DNA of 64,000 nt from Bilabrum cf. latius (taxonomy: Eukaryota): positions 124,001 through 188,000 of the forward strand of contig OZ237754.1 in the NCBI GenBank assembly GCA_965178125.1, in the 5' to 3' direction. Shown in pieces: positions 50,901 through 62,363 of this stretch (positions are counted from its first letter, which is position 1; every line of letters begins with the position of its first letter). The notes beneath the pieces are model-generated. The model saw only the letters and a program-made list of their open reading frames with translations. It ran no database searches and was not told the DNA's origin. The position numbers were made by a program, and so were the translations under genes.

Positions 50901-52422
50901 GCGTGGAAGAACCCTCCCCGATCCCCGCCTCTGGGTCGAGCAGCGCGGCATGCGTGCGCCCCGACTCTGCCAGGGACCTGAGCCTCGAGCTGAACGAGGG
51001 CTCCACTCCTCGATGGGGCGAAATAGAGGAGTATTCACCCCAGCGAGCCCCGCAACCGCACGCGCACAGCAGCTCCCCTGGCTCCCCCGTTGACCCTGCC
51101 ACTGCCAGGGCCTCCCGCTTGGCCTCGTGCCACCACTCCAGCGACATGGCGAGCTCTTCTTCTCGGCCACGATCCGTTCCGTCCGGGCTTGACCGAGCGA
51201 TTCGAATCTGCGCTGCCTGTGGAACCACCCCGTCGCCCGCCGTCGCCGTTACCACGCAAGGGTCCAGCCCCGCGAGGATGCTTCCGCTTGGACTCCTCAT
51301 CGCAGCCATGGTCAACCCGTCCAAACCGCCTCCCAGTGCACCCATCTCAAGCTCTCGCTGCTAGTGTCGCTGCTGCACCAACCGTTGCACTGCATTGCTG
51401 TACGGCACCGCGATTCTCGCCATATCCAGGAGGAATTCCGACCGCAGCAGCAGCTTGGATTGGGTCACCGCGCGGCCCCTGGCTCGCATCACCGCCCCGA
51501 GAGCCTCTTTGCCCCATAGTTTTGATTCCCGCGGGAACGATACCCACTGCAAAAATCTCTGTGCCCCGTTCCATGCGCCCTGTTCACCCCCCTGCTGCCG
51601 CATGACCTGCCCCAGCTCGGTTCCAGAGAGGTCGTTCCGGATGGTGCTCATTGCCTGGCGCAACGTGTCCGCTGCACCCCCTTGCCTCGCGTCTGGCTCG
51701 AACCGAGTGAGCAGAGCAGGGCTCGGATTCAGGTACAGCCGCTGGTAGGATCTGCTGGCGAGCTCAGCGGGGTATGGGCGGAGGGGCCAGACTCTCCGTG
51801 GGGCCGCGGGGTCCAGCGGGACTGGCATGGCGGGGGGACGATATCCTCCTAACAATGGGCCAATCGTGCCACTTGATTCTATCTGGCTTTTTCTGGGGGC
51901 ATGCCCTGAACTATGATGCGTTCCTGCGGCAGAGCCATTCCTGCTGCCGGCCGCCACTGCCAGCGATGATTGGGCAAGCCTGCCTCGTCTGTCGTGCACC
52001 GAGAGCTTGCCGCCTCCCTCAATACCGAAGGGAAGGCTTGGCAAGCATATTGCATTGTGCTAGCTTTCAACGAACGAAACGGAGCATCGCCCGTGATCGG
52101 CTGCACCTGCTGTGGCACCAATCGGAACGCGAGCACTGCTGGCCTCGCCGGCTTGCGGCTTCGGAGCCAGTGCGGTGAGATCGCGTGATGTCTCTGGGGC
52201 AATAAAACTGACTCCTCTCAACACACGTACAGTGTTTATGGAGGAGCCACTGCGCTTCCCAGCGAAGATACCCGCAGGAGCACGCTCACTTGCCTTGCCC
52301 GAGGACTCGCTCTGGTGCTCTCTGCTTCTGAACCCAGGATAGGCTATTGCTTGCTGGCCCGGCCGCTATCTGAGAGGGCTCTCTCTTATGATTCGAACTT
52401 CATCAGGCTCGGCTTGCGCCAT
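38920..52422 (-). CDS. Giant intronless ~4500-aa protein: cysteine-type LRRs, IQ-like motifs, coiled coils, WW domain, C-terminal EF-hand/calcineurin-B-like region
   Basis: More than 20 track ORFs share one frame; ~40 internal stops, all TAG, with no TAA/TGA between ATG 52422 and TGA 38920; motifs LDLRNCLNLTD, LDITGCTSVTD, WEAHVD..GRTFFYH..TSHWKRP, LDVDMDGSVS. Confidence 0.88.
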
Positions 52423-52683
52423 AATCTACCCTCTGTCCTTGAAGCGCCCATCCCTAGTTTCCGTTAGAGTCGACTGAGCCAAACGCGAGGATTTTCTTGC
52501 AATTGCAAGGTCTTGACGCGCAGCTAACCGAGTCTATTTTGGTCCATTTCGATTAGAGATTGATTTCATTCAGTTTGCGCAGTACTGTGCCTGAACGCTC
52601 ACTTCGGGCAGGTCTAATGTCATATTTGCTCGCAACAAAGTGCGAGCATGCATGCTGCTCGCCTCACTTTTCTGCAATCAGAC

Positions 52684-53112
52684 ATGGCATCTGCAACTGA
52701 GCATGGAAAAGATAGCTCAGTTAAACATTCTCCGCCCATGGTTGTGGAAGATGACGACACTGAATCCCCGAGTACACGAGCAACTCAAGAGCGGAGCGAG
52801 AAGGACAGCGCGGCGAAGCCGCCACCTTCCAATCTAACCCCCACTGGATGGCGGAAGGTGTATGCAACAGCTTCAAAGAGGCAATGTTTTGGAGCTCTAT
52901 TGAAAACAATTGATGATTTTCAGAAGTCAGATTGGCTGTCTCTAGAAGAAAAGGGAGAGCTAAAGGAGCTGATTCTCAACAGCAACGAGCGAACTCTGTC
53001 TGTGCTCGCTGCAGCCTTGGCATCGTAGTGCGAGCATTTTAGTGACGTAGATAGCTGCTGTCGATTCGTTGACACGCTCCGCTTGGTTTTGAAATGGAAG
53101 CAACTGATGTGA
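52684..53112 (+). CDS. Small hypothetical helical protein (142 aa); TAG at 53026
   Basis: ...EEKGELKELIL...AAALAS*CEHF...RFVDTLRLVL; stop TGA. Confidence 0.65.
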
Positions 53113-53195
53113 ATACGTGATGCTGTGTACGACCGAACTCTACAATCCCTGGCGCTCCTGCAAAGGCTTCCGTTGCCGCATCCATTGCAAATATC

Positions 53196-55700
53196 TTATT
53201 GACCATCCTTACTTGACTCTGTCACTGATTTTGCTGCACCTGTAGGATCTGCGCCCGGGCTGATGACGGTGGACGCGCCCTGGGCCACTCCGACCACGGG
53301 CGCGAATACCGTGCTAGTTGACACTGGCGCGCCCGCGCCGCTGCTCTGGATACCACCAACCGGCGCAAAGGACTGATAGGGGGCTGTGCCCCACTGCAAG
53401 GGCATAGTCGCGCTGCCTGCGCCGGGAGAGTAGACAGGCGGCAGATAACCGTCAGCGCTCCCCATGCTCCCCATGCTTCCTCCTGCAAGTGCTGGCCCGA
53501 TGCCAGCAGAGGTTGCCGCGCCGCCAGCGCTTCCCATCGTTGTCCCAACTGGCGGCATCACTGGCATGCCCATAGCCATCGGCATTCCCATGCCTAAGCC
53601 GCCCATGCCCCCCATCCCCATGCCACCCAAGCCCATGGGCATGCCCATGCTCATGGGCATTCCTCCCATTCCCAACGGCATGCCGTACAAAGTGGCCATC
53701 TGATGCGCCTGGTTCATTGCTCTCCGCTCGCCTCCTTTGCCCCAGTCCAGCCGCAGGGTCTGTCCATGCAGCTCAGTGCCGTGCAGGCTGTGGATGGCGG
53801 TGGCCGCGTTTTGCTTGAACTGAAACTCCACAAACCCGCAGTGCTTTCCATCCAGAACGTTTGCGTGCGACACGGGCCCGCACTGAGTGAACAGCAGATG
53901 AAGGTCCTCTGCAGTCGTGCGGTCCGACAAGCCTCCCACGAATACGGTGGTGTTACCCTGCGATGGGTCGGGGGGAGGAGAGGCCTGGTTTGCCCCGGGC
54001 ACCTCTCTCAGCGCCTCAATCACGCTCTCAGCTGGGGAGGCCACGGCGGTCTGCGGTGTACCCTGGTAGCCCATATGAGCCCCCCCCATTCCCCCGGCGC
54101 CAGTCCCCGCATGCCCGCCCTGCAAGGTGGCCGCCTGCACGCCAGGTTGCGGCGCCAGGCCCGGATCCTCCGCCGACGAGCCCAGTCGACGGGTGGATGA
54201 CTTTGGCGTGGCGTACCTAACTCGAATGGACGGAGGGTCCCCCTCAGCTTCCCCCTCGTCCTTTGTGCCCACCGCGCGTCCGTCCATGGCAAGGCGGGCA
54301 GCGGTCGCTTGCTCCACGGTGTCGAACCGCACGAACCCGTAGCCCCTGCTTCGACCTGTGTTTCTGTCCACCTGCACCACGGCCTCGGTCGCACCGAGCG
54401 GCCCGAACCACTCCATGAGCAGCTCCGAGGTCACGTCTCGCGGGAAGTCACCCACGAACAGGCTGCTTGAAGGGGCGGGCGGCGCGTTGTGCTGCTGCTG
54501 CTTTCTCCCCTTCGGAGAGGTGTTCCCCCGCCGCGGACTGCCCCCCTTAGACCTGCCTGCACTCTCCCCCCCTCTCGGGGACCAGCCAGAGCCAGAGCCA
54601 GAGATCGGATTGGCCTGCTGCTGCTGCTGCTGGTAGTAGGGCTGGGACTCCATCGAGCCGCCTTCCACCGCTGGCACAGGAGCTGCCACGAATGCGGGGC
54701 CTTGCCCTGGGGCCGCCATCGCCATGCCGTGGACGGGAGGGGCACCTGCCGGCATCGCCACGGGCGCATAGCCCAGTCCGTGCGGGGGATGGGGATGCGA
54801 CGGAGCAGCATACATGGCAGGCGCAGCACCTCCCATGGCTCCCATGCCCCCGCTGACACCTACAGATGCCGGGTACACCGGCATGTACGGCTGGCTCGAG
54901 TAGGCTGCAGTCGACTGATCCACCGGTCCCGCCGCGACGTACTGTGGCGGGAAGGCAGTTGGCACCTGCGCTGGGGAGTACCCTGCGCCTGCTGCTATCC
55001 CACCCTGCTGCGCTGAGCCCGCCCCTCCTGCCATGGGAATACCCTGCATGGCATAGGGATCGTGAATCCCGGCCGGGATGCCCTGAAGGGGCGGCACCGC
55101 TGCGACACTGTGCCGCGCACCGACCACAGGCGAGTGCACGCTGCTGGCCCCAGCTGTGCCCCCCCCCTCCTCGCCGACGTCCTGCGGGGGGAAATCGCCG
55201 GCGCTGTCCGCCTCATGATCCCCAAGCGAGGCCTGTCCCACGGAGTTTCCCCTTGAGATAACCCCTTCAGGCTCGCCGGCCCCGCTCTGCATCGAGGCGG
55301 TCAACCCCGATGCCTCCGGGGAGGCCGCGCCCGGGTCGGCGTACGCAGACGCCATCTCTGACAGTCTCCGGCGACCTTGGGACGCTTGCACTGGGGCGGT
55401 GCGTGCTTTTGATCGGGCACCAGGCGGCACATACTTCGAAGTGGTGACGCCGGCAGCCCGAGGTTGCCTCCGGCCGGAAGCAACCGCGACGCTGCCAGCG
55501 ACCGCTCCCTTGCCAGCGCGGTGTTTGCTGGTCCCACCGTCGACATCATCTGGGCTTTCGCCACCTCTTGGATATGCCGAGTCACTTAGGGGGCTACTCG
55601 TCCTCGCGGCATCTCTGAGTCCCGCCGAAATGGCATCGGGTTGACCCCTCGGGCTCTCGAGTGGGGCTGAAGCAGGCCTTTTCTCCTCAGCAACGTCCAT
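53196..55700 (-). CDS. RNA-binding protein with two RRM domains and low-complexity regions; stop TAA
   Basis: RNP2/RNP1 motifs LFVGDF...RGYGFVRF and NTTVFVGGL...KHCGFVEF...LRLDWG (NAM8/RBP47-like last RRM). Confidence 0.92.
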   Translation of the reverse strand: MDVAEEKRPASAPLESPRGQPDAISAGLRDAARTSSPLSDSAYPRGGESPDDVDGGTSKHRAGKGAVAGSVAVASGRRQPRAAGVTTSKYVPPGARSKARTAPVQASQGRRRLSEMASAYADPGAASPEASGLTASMQSGAGEPEGVISRGNSVGQASLGDHEADSAGDFPPQDVGEEGGGTAGASSVHSPVVGARHSVAAVPPLQGIPAGIHDPYAMQGIPMAGGAGSAQQGGIAAGAGYSPAQVPTAFPPQYVAAGPVDQSTAAYSSQPYMPVYPASVGVSGGMGAMGGAAPAMYAAPSHPHPPHGLGYAPVAMPAGAPPVHGMAMAAPGQGPAFVAAPVPAVEGGSMESQPYYQQQQQQANPISGSGSGWSPRGGESAGRSKGGSPRRGNTSPKGRKQQQHNAPPAPSSSLFVGDFPRDVTSELLMEWFGPLGATEAVVQVDRNTGRSRGYGFVRFDTVEQATAARLAMDGRAVGTKDEGEAEGDPPSIRVRYATPKSSTRRLGSSAEDPGLAPQPGVQAATLQGGHAGTGAGGMGGAHMGYQGTPQTAVASPAESVIEALREVPGANQASPPPDPSQGNTTVFVGGLSDRTTAEDLHLLFTQCGPVSHANVLDGKHCGFVEFQFKQNAATAIHSLHGTELHGQTLRLDWGKGGERRAMNQAHQMATLYGMPLGMGGMPMSMGMPMGLGGMGMGGMGGLGMGMPMAMGMPVMPPVGTTMGSAGGAATSAGIGPALAGGSMGSMGSADGYLPPVYSPGAGSATMPLQWGTAPYQSFAPVGGIQSSGAGAPVSTSTVFAPVVGVAQGASTVISPGADPTGAAKSVTESSKDGQ

Positions 55701-55753
55701 GACCCTTCAACAACTACGCAAGGCCAAAATAATATTGGTATTCTCACAACAAG

Positions 55754-56394
55754 ATGGTGAGTACCGATAGCAAGACCCGAGGACAGCCTGCGAACGGCAA
55801 GAACGATACAACGTGATCTTGTTGCACTTCGAGATTCGTAGCCTGAATCAGGCTGTCCGATGGACTACGACGGCAGAATCACCCACAAAGCGTATAAGTA
55901 TCAATTTCTTCTTGAATCGAACTCACGCAGCTGAAAAAGTAGGACCGGATCTTCAAAGCCGAGGAAATATCCTGCGCAGCAACGATTCGGGTCAACATCG
56001 GCAGGAGATTCACAGGTGATGGCAGCACTATTCTGCAAAAACCATGTCCATTTGGCAACACAATGATGTTCTGGCGGAGCATGCCGCTGGGAATTGCCCA
56101 TGGCCGCAACCACCCGAAGCAAGGCATGGCTCAGCGCACACGTGCACTAAAAATGCCGTAATTTCATCGCACCAGAGGAGCCAAATGCCTTCATCGCTCC
56201 TCCCAACGTTACCATATACTTCAAGTATCGCTTGACATTGTATAATTACAAGCATATGCACCGCAAGCGACACGCAATCGGTGGTGAGATCGAGAGGTGG
56301 CAGTTTTGGCGTGATCGCGGTGGTCTCACCAGTAAGTGGAGAGGACAAATGACGCAGCAATTGCCCCCAGTTAATAGATTATGCAGGTGTTTAA
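55754..56394 (+). CDS. Possible small multi-exon gene; exon model tentative
   Basis: ATG|GTGAGT at 55754, candidate acceptors at 55930, 56175 and 56386, donor GTAAGT at 56332; spliced frame could read MLKK*DRIFKAEE...EEPNAFIAPPNVTIYFKYRL... Confidence 0.3.
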
Positions 56395-56540
56395 GTAAAC
56401 CGGGACAATACGCCACAGGCGAGCTCCAGGGCTGCCTAATTATGCTCGGTAGCACCGTACGATCGGCGACGCAAGCTGGTCGCAAAACCCCGCACGGTTT
56501 CTGGCTAGCCTCTGGCCGGGGCGCGCGCGCTCACAATCGA

Positions 56541-57851
56541 TCAGAACAGCTCCCGCCCACCCCCGAGCATGTTTCCAGGCGTTCTCACGAGCACAATGTC
56601 CGCCCCGTACTGGATCCAGGCGGGGAGAACCGCAGGGACAGGCTCGTGATCGCCAGGGCCTGGCTTGCTGGCCGCATGTGACTCGCTGCTGCTCTTCCCC
56701 TCAATGCCCCCGCTCGTGCCACCAGAGGCTGGTTCCGAGGAAACCCGGCCGCTAACCACATCCTTACATATTTCTTGTTCCAGTGCGGCCTCCGTGTGAG
56801 CTGGAGCCCCCGACGTGCCCGGGACGGAGCCTTCACCCAACCCCGCTTGTGCTGGACTCGCCGCCTTCGCACCTGCTTCCCCGTGCCCGGGCCCATGCCC
56901 CGCCCCGCCGCTTCCGACCCCAGCTGTAAATTCCATCGTCCAAGGGATGGAGAGTCCGCCGCTGGAACCACCGCCCGGTGCTCCGCGCTCCTCCCCACCG
57001 TGGCCCCGAGCAGATGCTCCAGCAGTGCCGCCACGGTGCTCGCCTCCTCTCGTGGGGCTGCCCGGGGCTGCCAGCGCAAGCCGTGGCAGTGGTGCCACCG
57101 TCGGGATTACGAAAGGGGATATAGTCGTCACTGTAGCATCCACCAGCCCGGCCCCAGGTGCCGACCCACCCGGCTTCATGCCGCCACTGGAGCTGGCAGT
57201 GGCAACCGCGGCGTGTTGGTGCTCGCTGAGCAGTCCCGCGATGACGCGAGCCCCGCCTTCCACCATGAGCCGCTTCACTCCGATGGACGAAACGGCTGAT
57301 AGAATTGACTACCATGACAACGTGTGACGCTAGGGAACGCCGGTGCTGGATTCCTTCGGCGGGCTTGAACCTTTGATGCCGATGACAGCCACGCCACGTT
57401 CGCTGATCGCCTTGGCGCGAGCAGACCCGAGCTCCGAGGCTAGTACTGCCGCAGAGCATAGTAAAACAGGTTTTCGTGCAGGATCAGATAGTGATTTGAT
57501 CGATAAGGGGATCCTTAGGTGGGGATCTAGTATAATTGGCCTTGGACTAGGGCCGCGGACTAGCCTCGTGGTCAGCGATGGATTGTCGTTGACAGCCGTC
57601 CCTACTCCTACCAGAATACCATCATGCCAAGCACGGAGACTATGCGTCATTTTCCAAGACTCTCTCCCCGAAATAGGCACTGCTTTGCCGGACTTCATTG
57701 CAATCGATCCGTCCAGCGACTGCGCCCAAGTCAGAGTGACAAAGGGCCTCTCGTTGGTCCTTGATCTGGAGACGCCATCCCCATGCAAGCTGGTAAGTAG
57801 TTCAATGACGCTGTCTCGGGTTCCCATTAGCCAGTGCAATGAATGTTTCAT
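56541..57851 (-). CDS. RibD C-terminal / Rib7-like pyrimidine reductase (riboflavin biosynthesis); TAG at 57330 and 57309
   Basis: RPFVTLTWAQSLDGSIA, THSLRAWHDGILVGVGT..DNPSL, then through two TAGs to GVKRLMVEGGARVI; stop TGA. Confidence 0.9.
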
Positions 57852-57947
57852 GGAACGATCACGATTAGTTGCCAGCTCCGGATCGATCCAAACCAAGCCA
57901 CGTACGTTGCTGAAAGATCTGCAGTTACACGCTTCAGTAACCTCATT

Positions 57948-59889
57948 ATGGTATATGTGGATGCGCGTATTGCGGTGCAGGGAGGTTGGATCAATCCGAC
58001 CGTCAGGGCATGGGTAAGAAGACAATCACTGTGCCAAGTTTTGGTTGTTGTATCGAACTATTGTATCGTCCTCCCCATTGCAACGATTAAACGCGCCGCA
58101 GATGCTAGCAACACGTCCCTGGAGTTTTCCGGCGTCCTTTATTGCGGTCCTGCTTGCTGTTGGTGTCGCTAGTCGCTGCGGGGAGGAATGGGATTTCGTC
58201 GGCGTGGCTGCTGCGGCTACTGGCGGCACCCTGGTGCACGCAGCAGCGAACCTCATCAACACATACTATGATTATACTAGCGGTGTGGATCAAAAGGACG
58301 ATGCGGACGACAGAACGCTAGTGGACGGCGTCCTCAAGCCCGAGGACGTGATGCGGATGGCGCAGGCATTCCTGGCCGGAGCCCTCGCTTGCATCGCGTA
58401 CGTGGTGCAGCAGCACGCGGAAGTTCTCCCTCTCGCTGCCGTTGGGATCATCCTTGCCGTGGGATACACGGCGGCTCCCATCCAGCTGAAGCACCTGGGG
58501 CTCGGTGAGGCCACGATTTTCGCGTGCTTTGGTCCCCTGCTCTTCGCGGGAGCCTCGATTGCAGCCACGGGTACCGTCACGGCAGAGGTGCTGCTGGCGT
58601 CAGCGGCCTCCGGCATAGCCACTGTGGCCATTCTGCACGCCAACAACGCCCGGGATGTGGACGCGGACCGCCGCGCGGGTGCCTTCACCCTGGCCCAGAC
58701 GTGCGGGTTCGGAGGGAACCTGTTCGCGTACATCGTGATGATCGTGGGGGCGTTCGGGCTCGGTGCACTGACCATCGGAGCCGCTGTATCGGCTGGTGAG
58801 ACCAGGCAGACCATGGCTGAGACGGCCCAGGAGGTGGTAGAGAACATTGTGGGCGACGGTTCTAGGGGCGGCGGCCTGCTCTCCGTTCTCATGCTTCAGA
58901 GCCACCCCATGGTCGAGGCAGCCATGGGCGTGCCTCATGCCGCCATGCAGGGCGCCGCACGGCTGTCGCAGTTCCTCGCGGTGATCCTGTCGGACAGCAA
59001 CGTCAGCGTGGAGGGCATCGCATCCAGGCGGCTCAACGACGGAGACGTCTCCATCCTGTTCGGGCTCGGTGGGCTTGCTGTGTGCTCTCACTGGGGGGTC
59101 CGTCTACTGCTGCGGTTCTCTAGCAAGAAGCTCTTCTTCCTGCCCTAGCAGACTGCCCAGTTTGGGCTTCTGTTCGGGGCCGGCCTCGGGCTCGGGGTGC
59201 TGCCTCCTCGCGCGGCCATCCGCGGGCTGCTCGCCATCCTCTTCCTGCTGGGAGGCATCAACAACCTCGTCATGTGGCTGCACTCCCGCGAGCTCGTCCA
59301 CTCCAAGCTCGCCCTCGTCGTGCAGGGCATCCCGGCCCCGGCCTCCCACGCCGCCGCGCTGCTCACCAGCCTCGCCCAGATCGCAGCTTCCTCTTGCTTC
59401 CTCCTCGGTTTCTATGAGAAGCCAGCCGCGGTGGCTCTGGCGCTCTTCCTCGTGGCAGTGACACCCACCGTGCACAATTTCTGGGACGCAAACGTGCCCG
59501 GTGACCCGGAGTGGGGATCGCAGGCGAGCAGTGACAAGGTCGAAGCGACGCCTGCTGAGGCTGCATCCAACGGCACCAAGGGCAAGTCCAAGGGTAAGAG
59601 CAAGGGCAGGGGTAGGGCCGGGTCTCGTGCCCGCACTCGTAGGCAGTCGTCGGGCGACGACGAGAGTGAAAGCAAAAGCGAGAGCGAGGGGGGCAACAGC
59701 GACGATGAGGCAGAAGCGGCCCCGGGCGCGCAGTCGCACAGCGGCGGCGAGGGCAGCAGCACCGTCCGAGGCCTGGATGGCGCGGGTCCCGTGCCCACGT
59801 TCTTGCAGGCCTTCGACAACGAGTTCGTGCATTTCTGGAAGAACCTCGGCATGCTGGGTGGGCTGCTGGCATTCGTTGCCTTCGCATGA
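57948..59889 (+). CDS. UbiA prenyltransferase (UBIAD1/MenA-like) fused to a DoxX-family domain; intron 58014-58101; TAG at 59146
   Basis: RPWSF, NLINTYYDY..GVD..DDRTLVD, LHANNARD..D; LP*QTAQ; then FLVAVTPTVHNFW...FWKNLGMLGGLL; stop TGA. Confidence 0.85.
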
Positions 59890-60083
59890 GATTGCGGTCG
59901 GATCGGTTGCATTGGGAATACGATCCCCGGATACAATACTTGAGTCAGACAACTTGGCGAACGAATTTTTCCTGAGCGGGTGGCAATCGAGAAGTACAAA
60001 GGCAATATCTCTCTCGCTTCTCCACCCAAACCTAGTCCTACATTTCCACACGGACCACGGACCCAGTGCAAGTCGGCTTGTGA

Positions 60084-62020
60084 TCAAGTGGCCTCGCGAG
60101 CAAAGTTCTGCATGCCGGATCCCACGCAGGATACCAACACGGTATCCGTCGGGGCCACCTCCCACATGTCCTCCTTGCCGCTACCTGCAGCACTCTTGGA
60201 TTTCCCGGCTTCCCCATCGCCCTCGTCCTCGTCCTCGTCGCTGCTGCCCGAACCCGACTCACCGTCCTCATCGTCCTCGCCCTCTCCCTTGCTTCCAGTC
60301 ATAGTTCCGTCCTCACCCTCGTAGATGCCCCTCCGGCGCTTCTTGCGGGCGGCGCGTGCCTCTGCCTCCTTCTTGGCGGCGGCTGCCGCGGCACGTTTCG
60401 CCACCAGTGCGGCCGGCGTGGCGCCTGCCCTCTTCCGCAGGGTGCCCTTGGGCTCCGCCCTGAGCCTGAAGGACACACCCAGAAACAACTTGATCAGCCG
60501 CATCACGGTGACATCTCGCGCGGACAGCGGCCCCAGCCTGAGCCTGGACACGTCCTCGGGAGTTGCTGCCATGAGCACCAGCGCAAGAGGGCTCCAACAC
60601 GGATCCGCGCACCCGCCCCTGCGGATCACGTCACAGAGGAGAGAGGCAGCCTCCTTGCCCGCGTCTTCAGGAGCCACTGACTTGCCCCCGGCGGCGGGAC
60701 ATGCCTGTGCCCCATACACCACACCGCTCGTCGTCTCTGCTCTGATCGCGACGGTGTACCCGGGCGACTTGGGGCACTCTTTGGACGTGTGCTTGTGGTG
60801 GTCCGTGGCAAGGTAGACGTCTGGCAGCATGCGATTGAGCACGCCCCTGCGATAAGTGGGAATAGATAAATGGAGCAAGGCTTGGTACAGGTTGAGACAA
60901 CAAGCGATGCATGCTGTCGCGCTAGTGCAACAGGTTCGATGAACGCCAATATGATGTACCTTGCTGTGCTCTGCTGTGCGCCCTACTCCTCTCCCAGTCA
61001 GAAATCTCATGTGGAACCGGCATGTCGTCCCGGCGATAATGCGCCGGAGCTCTCTACAGGTGCGGCAATGAGGCGTGGCCCGCGCGCCTATCGTCATCCC
61101 GGGGTGGAGCGTGGCAGCAGCAGCAGCAGCCAGCAATCAATCAATCAATCAATCAATCAAGCGGGCGGGCAGGCAGGCGGGCAGGCAGTGCACAGCAGGA
61201 AAACACGGCACTATAGAACAGGCGGGCAAGCACTCGTTCGTTGAATCTCGTCGATCGCATGCGAACCCTCTCACCTGACTCCGTGCACAGCACGATTCGC
61301 CACCTGGGCAGAGATGCGGGAGGCCACCACGGTGCCCCGCACGCGCTTCACGAATCCCTCTGCCATGATGTGCACGGGCCGCAGCCGACGCACCACCGGG
61401 ATGATGGCCCTAACGACACCCCCGCCGGCTGGCAGCAGGCCTTTCCGGGCGTACTGCACGGCGGGCGCGTTCTCGCCGTCCATGCCGAACGAGGCGAGGA
61501 GGGGCAGCAGCACGTGCTGGACCGACTCGATGCTAGGATCCGTGGGTGTCTCTGTGGGGCCCACCAGCGTGATGCTCAGCGGCTTCTTGCCGAAGGGTGC
61601 CAGCATCAGGAGCGCCTCGAGGTAGTACGACAGGCCCCTCGAATTGCCGCACTTGAAGCGGTCCCGGATGGAGCCTCCGAGCACCACGCCGGGGCGGAAG
61701 CTCACCGCCGTGCCTGTTTCGTTAATATCCACCTTGGTTCCATTCGTGATGAGGTCAAGCAGCCGGAGCAGCGTCACCTCGTGGTCTCGCAAACCAATCG
61801 CAGAGACACTCCGATCTCGAATCGACTCGATGCGTACGGAGCGACCGGTCAGCACCGACAAGCAGAGGCGATACCTAAATTCATCACTGCCCTTAAACCT
61901 CAAAACCGAGCCGGGAGCGATATCTGATGCAGGCCTTACCTGCGCTGCTGCCGCACCGCTGGGGCCTCGTTTGGCGGCTCGGCTAGAAGCTGCGAAGCCA
62001 CGAGGCTTTGATGCAGCCAT
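60084..62020 (-). CDS. RCL1: RNA 3'-terminal phosphate cyclase-like protein; intron 60847-61274; alternative start at 62242
   Basis: FRYRLCLSVLTG, LRLLDLITNGT..INETGT, APFGKKPL, P.GGG.V, LPDVY, SPGY, PEDAG, CVGSG; GTGAG...AG splice restores VRGVLN. Confidence 0.92.
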
Positions 62021-62363
62021 ATCCGCAATAGAAGATGATCCATATGTAGCTTCTATGCTAGAACTCGAATCATATACCCCGCTCCCTCCTTCAGCGCCAC
62101 CTGGAGCCCAAGTTGCAGCAGCAGTCGAGCCATACGTCGCACCAGACACTTTCGAGCCTTTGCTACGCTTCTTTTGCCACATTGCTTCCCGTGCAGATGC
62201 AAGTGTGCCTTTGGGTAGGCTTGGAGGTATAACTTGTTCCATCACAATGCAATGGATTCCGCTTGTGCCATGGAAGCGACCTGTTGTTTGGTCTCCGCAA
62301 TTGAGGCATTTTCAGTTTGATCGGAGCATGCCGATTGGCAAGTCTGTGCTTGTCGCCACAAAA

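Noticed and set aside
38920-52422. Pseudogene cluster or many small separate genes
   Set aside because: All interruptions are TAG in a single frame, with no frameshifts, TAA or TGA
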